Assembly (NCBI GenBank): GCA_964016885.1
Contig: OZ024742.1
Span: 155,372,001 to 155,436,000 of the forward strand
Reading direction: 5' to 3'
DNA from: Eledone cirrhosa
Taxonomy: Eukaryota
Length of the DNA: 64,000 nt
How positions within the stretch are numbered: the first letter of the stretch is position 1; each line of letters opens with the position of its first letter. The notes under the pieces are model-generated. The model saw only the letters and a program-made list of their open reading frames with translations. It did no database searches and was not told where the DNA came from. Below are positions 56,216 through 64,000 of the stretch, piece after piece. Both the position numbers and the translations under genes were made by a program.

Positions 56216-58550
56216 ATAATCATAAATTTGAAGACTAAAATCCAAGGATAAATATATATCAAATATATAAGAACCGTAGAGCAAATATTTATTAAAATAA
56301 CAGATTAAAGTTTAAGGAAAGAATCGCTGCTTTCACCCTTAACCGGATCTTCTGAAACTAACAAAGTCAATCTGTAAACGCAGAAGTGGATATTTCAAAA
56401 AAACGTTGTAACCGGAAGAAGACAGGAAGACGTTACTTTGGTTCATGGAAACGTTCTTTGCAAAGAACGGGAAAAAACGAATATAATACGTCATTAATAG
56501 GAGCGGTGAAAACCAATTTCACGCAAAGACAGAACCACGTTTATGGTATGAAAGAATTCGTAGACTAATGTTCTCTTAGGTGGTTCATAGAGACGTTATC
56601 TGGCAATGAACGGAAAAAACGAAGATAATACGTCGTATGTGGAGCAAGGAGAACAATTGCACGCAAAGACAAAACCACGTAAATGGTATAGCTGAAGTCG
56701 TAGACTAAAATTCTAACTAGGGAACCGAATGAATAACCGTTTCAGAGGTAAGAATAAAATCAATAAAATACAATACAAAGGCAATAGAAATTAAATAAAT
56801 ACATACACGCATGCAAATACGTACATACACAAGCATACGCGAAAACACTTGCCATAGGTATACAAACCCACGCACATATAAATGTGTGTGTGTGTGCGTG
56901 TATACAAATAAATAAATAATTAAATAAACGTATATAAATAAATAAATATGTATATAACAACCGCACACACATACCTGCATGTAAATACACAAATGTTCGG
57001 AGACGTAAGTCAACCAAAACATGAAGTACACATATACACACACCCAACATACGTACGAACCTGCATACTTACACAGACGCAAAACTCCCGTATACACATA
57101 ACCAAACCATATGTACCGGAATATATAAAAAGTTATACGCCATAACATATACAATCAAATATACGTACGAGAAAGTATACGTATCTTCACAAAACATACA
57201 GGTAATATATACTTACCTATGCAAATAAGTAATGGTATAAACAAAACATATACTTAGCTACCACATCAAGACGTAAAATATCCACGTATAGATCGTACTA
57301 TCCGTTAGGGTATAATGTGGGGCTGTAATACAGGAAAGGTTTGTGCAATTTATGTTTACAAGCCAAAATTGCCTCAGATTTTTTGTTAAGGATGTGGTCT
57401 GTAGCGTAGAGTATTTCCAGGGCCTCAGCGGCGCAGAGGACACATGGTAATTTATTTCCGTTATACGATCTAGCCCTAGCTAGGATCCCCCAGTGTAACT
57501 TATATTAGGTGTGGTTGTCTTTTAGACTCCAGATATAAGCTGAAAGTGACGTCATATTCCTTCTTAGAGGGTAACGAAAAGAATGGGTATGCATGTAAAG
57601 ACTATGCTTGAATCTATTGGTGGTTAACCCTATGTAGGCCCTACGGGACGTGAGTGTTTCAACCTTACATTTGTAGACAATATTACTAGAGAGGCATTTC
57701 CCGGATAAGGGGCAATCAACCCGATTCCTACAATTACAGTTACTACTTACTACAGGGTTGCACGTGTTCCTACGGCTAGGTAGTTTAGCAAAATTTGAAG
57801 CTGTGATGTTATGTGCAAGATTAGGAGTCGTAGAGTAAAAAATGTTAATAGTATTTCTATTAAAAATGTTACTATATTTATGTGTAGGGGGAAATGCTTC
57901 GTAATAAGGGAAATAAATATCTTAGCTAATGGTGTGGCCACCTCCATATTATATGGTGGGTTATACCAACAAATGCGACGGGATCTATTTTTTCTAAGTC
58001 TATTTTCGTACTCAGTATACGCTACCTTATCGACAAATCCACTCCGAGCAAGAGCTTCATTGTAATAAGTGGAATGGTCGTTGAAAATATGCTCGTTAGT
58101 AGATAGACGGGAAAGCCTCAACGAAACGTGTTTTACCAGGTTCTTGGTTATGCTGGCAGGATGGTTGGAATGCTTACATATGTAAGTAAGCGTATCATTC
58201 GGCTTTCTATACGGGTAATACAACCCATTCTATAAATTAAGGGTAACATCGCGGTAATTAACAACCGAGAGAAAGGCCTCAACCTGTATAGAGAGGTTGA
58301 AGCCTTTAAAGAAGGCTGTGAGTTCTTTTCTGAACCTGTCGCAAGCACGAGGTCCACACTTAGTCATGGTAAAAAGACCATCATCACGGTGCAAACCAAC
58401 GCCCGCGTTGGGGAATTCGTCCTTGATAGAGAAAAGAAGGAAAAGGCCGATAAGATCAGTAACCACCGCAGAATCGCTGGCGCCCATACTCACGTCGAAT
58501 GGGGGTAATATTGGATTTTTTAATCCAAATAGAGTCGTCGAATATAATCA
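56213..58550 (-). mobile_element. Naiad-like Penelope element, 5'-truncated, intron-retaining, frameshifted RT + GIY-YIG
   Basis: FDVSMGASDSA...GLHRDDGL; PYRKPND...SNHP; RRICWYNPPY; CNCRNRVDCPLSGKCL..NIVY; clade name tentative. Confidence 0.85.
56458..57216 (-). other. Putative spliceosomal intron in the 3' UTR/pLTR of the Naiad-like element
   Basis: Donor catag|GTAAGT at 57216; segment precisely absent from the 42.8-kb copy (junction 42814/42815); intact acceptor ttttgccAG| in the inverted arm at ~58589. Confidence 0.75.
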
Positions 58551-58751
58551 CCGACGTATTATATTAGTTTTCCCCCGGTTTTTGCCAGGGAACGTTTCCG
58601 CGAACCTAAGTATCGGCTTCCTGTGTTCCTCCGGTTGCAACGTTTTTTGAAATACCTACTTCTGCGTTTACAGATTGACTTTGTTAGCTTCAGAAGATCC
58701 CGTTAAGCAGCAGCGATTATTTGCTTAAACTTTAATCTGTTATTTTAATAA

Positions 58752-58753
<2 letters not shown>
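58551..58753 (+). mobile_element. Inverted pseudo-LTR of the Naiad-like element
   Basis: Reverse complement of ~56285-56493; ends at (TA)n. Confidence 0.85.
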
Positions 58754-58840
<87 letters not shown>

Positions 58841-59059
58841 TGTGTGGGTGTGTGTGTATGTGTGTGTGTGTGTCTATATGTGTCTGTGTCTGTGTCTGTG
58901 TCTGTGTGTTTGTGGACAAAATACCAAAAACTCCCTTGTATTATTCAGAATTCAATCTGCAAAATATAATCACATAAACGTATCTCATCATTATTTTACA
59001 AACACACGCACAAACATACACATACACACCCACACACGCACACACTCACACACACACGC

Positions 59060-59186
<127 letters not shown>

Positions 59187-59197
59187 CATATATATAT

Positions 59198-59782
59198 ATT
59201 AGATTTGGTGCTCTGAAATAGATATTTATATATATTTATATATATATATATACATATATATATATTAGATTTGGTGCTCTGAAATAGATATATATATTTT
59301 GCAATACACTGTATGCTTAATTAAAATCATTTTGAAGACCTTACGCTATTGTGTTAAAGTAGTGACTATGTCACTTACTTCTATTTTCAGCAACCACGGG
59401 GAGATAAGCTGACAGACCTCTGTTCGCACTGCTGGTACTCATCAAAGCCTAGCACTTCTCCTGTGTTCAATTAAGCATACAATGTATTACAAAATACACT
59501 ATATCTACACAGAACACCAATTCTAATTCTCAACTTTTGCTGGACTGGCTATCGCTCTGTATAATGAGTTCCTGAATATTACTGGAATTCTATAAGAATC
59601 CAACATCCATAATTTTCAGCAAACAGGAGGAGTGCTAGGCTTTGATATGTACCAACAGTGCGAAACAAAGCTCTGTCAGCTTATCTCCCCTTTTTTGCTG
59701 AAAATAGAAGTAAGTGACATAGTCACTACTTTAAAACAATAGCGTAAGGTCTTCAAAATGATTTTAATTAAGCATACAAGGT
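59198..59782. mobile_element. Module family E: inverted arm plus more than one head-to-tail 297-bp unit with hammerheads
   Basis: aattaagcatac at 59469 and 59766; hammerhead copies at 59406-59450 (-) and 59637-59682 (+), both with mutated cores. Confidence 0.75.
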
Positions 59783-60346
59783 ATATATATATATATATGT
59801 ACATACATCCCACATTCTATTCATACCCATACACATCATTTCCTCTGGTGGCTTGGATGTTTCCATCAACGTACGTATAGTATTTATTTCATTGTGTAGG
59901 ATATATCTATGCCGTGGATGATAATTTTGCTTTTAATAAGTTTTTGATTTTACTTTTTTTTCTGTAGTTGACATTAGGCTTTTGAGTATGTTGGTTTCTC
60001 TACTAAACTTTGTACTGATCGTGTTTAATATACTTTTTTTAAACTTTCTAACCAGTTGAATTAAATCTGTTTCAATGGAAATCTAATATATTGCAGCTGG
60101 TTCGTTTTTAAAATAAAGTGTTTTCACTAAGCCAAGGTTTTCTTGAGTAAATCACAGTCGATGAACTTGACCCTTTAATTCATTGAACTTTCACTTTTAA
60201 AATGTTAAGAGGACGAACTGAAAAGACAACAATCATGGTTTCACTTTTAGTTTGTGTTTCTTCTTATTTATTTCGTTTGTCTTGTTGGTTGTTATTTCAC
60301 AATTTTAAATTTTCACCCATGTTTTGCACATTCACTAAAATCTCTC

Positions 60347-60487
<141 letters not shown>

Positions 60488-60530
60488 ATATATTTATATG
60501 TATATATATATATATATGTATATATATACG

Positions 60531-60581
<51 letters not shown>

Positions 60582-60582
60582 G

Positions 60583-60613
<31 letters not shown>

Positions 60614-60699
60614 GTATATATATACATATATGTATATTCATATATATCTGTATCTATACATATATATATGTGTGTGTGTGTGAGTAATTGCGAATGTAT

Positions 60700-60756
<57 letters not shown>

Positions 60757-63199
60757 TGTGTGTGTGTGTGTTTTTTACATTAGTTTTGATTTTCTCTCAC
60801 TATTTTAATCCCGTCATGAAAAAGACGTAAATCCACATCGATTATATTGGATATTTATATCATACTGCATGAAACCGGAACAACGTATTGCTATTTATTT
60901 ATTCAATCTCAACGTCCATTTTATGCTGATAAACTGACACAGTTAAAGATATGCATCACGTAACCTTCATTAACAACAAAATCAGGTTAAAAACGAAGTG
61001 GATGGGAGAGAGAAAGAGACACAAAATGAGTAGTAAGAAAATCCGTATCTAACCTTCAAGATCCTGTTTATGCCTGGTACGTCCGTGGCAATATATTTCC
61101 CCTGCAAAGTTTCTAAATTTTCATAGACATTTGGTAATGATTTTTTTCTTTTCAGACACGGATTTAATAATATTTGATTTTAAACGCTCTGTTAGATCAA
61201 AGCTGATTTGGGGCTGAAAGATAACATGATACCAGTATGACTTTATTTGTGATTGTTGACAACGTTATCGTAAGAGTTAAAATGACAAAAGTAACGGTAA
61301 AATAAGAGTTAAACCTAAGCACAAAAATAGCAGAAGCTTTTGAAATTGTCCATGCGATGGGAACTATACGAAACAGGTTGTATAGAGGCCTGGATTCTTA
61401 CACCCATAACATCAATAACATTTGAATACTTCAAATTGCCCATAACAAAGATTTGTAACATGATCATATTATTATTCTGGAAGACCTATTCCATATCTAT
61501 CACCAGTCTGCTACAACATCTCACTCTACAAACGCAGAAGTTTCCGTTCTCTATTTTTCTCAACAAACGCAGAAGTTTCTTATTCATATAGTATGTTAAA
61601 AAAATCCAGCATTATGCTACATATTTCTCCACATTGTTTTCTATATTCAGCTGTTTGAATTTTAACAAACGTTTTATTACTTTTATGTTTTTCTAAAGTT
61701 AGAAAATTACTATTCGGTTCATACTTTTTTAAAAGTATTTATTAATAGACTAAGAAACAAAAATCATAAACGAATATATTTCAAATAACAACATCGATAC
61801 AGATATTTATACAGATTTACAAATATAAATATTGCTCTTTGCATATTACAACAGTTTGTTCATCCTTGCCAACATACACCTTTTTTCGCTTGTACTCTTT
61901 TACACATACATTAGTCTAAATAGCCACCTCCGCTAAGCCAAATTAATATCGCTAGCCAGAACTGATTTCACAAAGCTATAGATGACCTTTAATATTCTTC
62001 GTTAACTTCAGTTTTAGCCACACTGAATCTCTAAAACCACACACTCTCAAACACGCATTAAGTTTATATACGACACCTTCCACTACTTCACTTTCCACCA
62101 CCCTTTTCTCTGCATTCTCAATATCCTATATCTTTCATCAGTATATCCTCCGTTAATCCTTTCTCTTCTTTGTAAATAAATAATTCAGATATTTAACCTA
62201 GTTTCCATCACCATCTTACCCCACTATCCTAAATTCTCACTCCTTCTCTCTCCTCTTTCCTTTGCCTTCTAACTTTCTTCTCCTCACATCCAGATTCTTC
62301 CTCTCCCCTTGCCATTCTCTCTCTCTCACCTTCCCCTAAGTCACATTATTTATCTCTCTTTCTATTTGTTCTACTATCAACACGAACCCTACGCTGTCAT
62401 CATTGTTGTATTAGACTGAATTTCATAAAATATAATTATGGTATCGAATAAAAAGAAATCAACGTGAGCAAGGTTGCCTAACGTGGAAGCAATGCTAGTT
62501 AGGAAATATTTAAGGTGGTCCCTATATATTTGTATGTTTCATAGATGAATATAGACTACTGGTTGAAGCCATCAGCTGTAAACAAGTATGGCATATTTTG
62601 TGTCACGTCAGGATGTCTTTCTACCCACCATATATCCTAACGAAACCCTAGAAACACTTGCTATATTAGTGTCCGTAAAAACAGGCAATAATATTATACA
62701 TGATTACTATTTGCTTATCTTTTGATTTCAACTGATATAATGATAAATACCCATGATATACTTATATTCTATACTTCCGAAATTTCTTAGGAAAAGCAAT
62801 ATTCTTTAAAAGCGGTATCACAGGCATTCAAAACTACAGTTGACCTTATTTCTAGACATGAAATATTTAATGATTCCGAGCTGAATTATTTGCTCAATCT
62901 CCTATAACAATTATAAATCGTTTGGCTAGCTCTCGTAAAATTCATCCAAAAGTACTTCTCATTTTACCTTATTTTACCATATTTTACCTCAAATACTATT
63001 TGCTAATGTTGGAAGCAATATTCACGAAGAAGATAAATGTGTTTCGTGCTGTTTCAGCATTCTTTATCAAACCACATGTTACACAATGCTCACCAAACAG
63101 CGGACAACTCCTTGACTCTCAGTTCTACATGTTGGTAAATAGATAATACCAATAATAAATTGTCCAGTATGCTGTTCGATATTTTTGCAATTGTCAAAC

Positions 63200-63382
63200 A
63201 TTATATGTTTGTACCAACCAGCAGGAAAGCCCCTAAGTGGACAGTACCATTCTAGAAACGACAAACAATCTCTCTCAAATCACGTTTTCCCTACTGGATA
63301 ACTCGGACATTGATGATGAAAGCTGGAATGCGTCATATCATATCTACAGGATCAAAGTTGACCTGGGGCTAAATAATAAAAT
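63200..63382 (+). mobile_element. Old octopus-type interspersed repeat (SINE-like)
   Basis: ctctcaaatcac...gatcaaagttgacctggggctaaa; the tail recurs at 61195-61220 and inverted at ~49525. Confidence 0.45.
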
Positions 63383-64000
63383 AAATCGAACGATTGGAGA
63401 TCGATGATTCATGTACACTAAACGAATTTATTAATTGATATTTCTCGTTTAATTCCTACACATTTTGCTTCGTGTAACATTCGTCAGCCATTCAGCAAAC
63501 CATTTTTGTGTATAATTATGAAGCCTACAATCTTCAAATGAAATAATATTTTGATTAATTTTTTTCTATTCCTTCCTGACGTAATATTTCTGACAAAGTT
63601 ATATGTCTTCCAACAGGTTTTTCTCGCTATTGAATATTTTGATTTCCAACATTCACATTCACATTTTCTAAATAAGTATATTTATATAATAGTTCTTCTC
63701 ATATTTATTGCAGGCATATTACTTCATTGATACTCTCCTTACACATTTCCTTAAACTTGGTGGCTAGACACTATGATTAAGGTAACATTAGTGACAAAAG
63801 TTTCTTGCATATACCCATATTACTAAACACATATATGTGTATGCATATAAATATATATATATATATAAACAAACATAAATTATCGAGATTCGCACTTCGG
63901 CCCACGAAATAACGAAAAACAACCTCCGAGATGTGCGGCAAGTGCTCAATGATTCAGATGAACCAGGGCTATAACAAACGTTAAAGGCCAAACACACTGA

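Noticed and set aside
61340-62340. Possible decayed LINE ORF1/endonuclease on the minus strand (similar purine-rich tract at 13230-13660)
   Set aside because: Only compositional resemblance; no diagnostic motif readable

Overview
AT-rich eukaryotic intergenic or intronic DNA, most likely from an octopus (inferred from the characteristic tRNA-derived SINEs and the extreme (TA)n/(CA)n/(GA)n load). I found no convincing host protein-coding exon; most ORFs in the track are microsatellite translations. The recognisable coding sequence is all transposon relics: a near-complete Penelope-like element (RT + GIY-YIG, 30.0-33.8 kb), a second, Naiad-like Penelope family (42.6-43.3 and 56.2-58.8 kb), RTE, Dong/R4 and Tx1-like LINE fragments, and a Tc1/mariner relic. 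The main unannotated signal is dozens of short non-coding modules inside (TA)n tracts, usually as inverted-repeat hairpins. Many unrelated module families carry a minimal type-I hammerhead ribozyme 20-210 nt from the (TA)n-joined 3' end. Two families form non-coding head-to-tail units (~297 and ~529 bp) that resemble retrozyme (circRNA) monomers. The Naiad-like family is present both as an intron-retaining copy and as a precisely spliced copy. All motifs and pairings were read by eye, and coordinates are approximate to a few nt.
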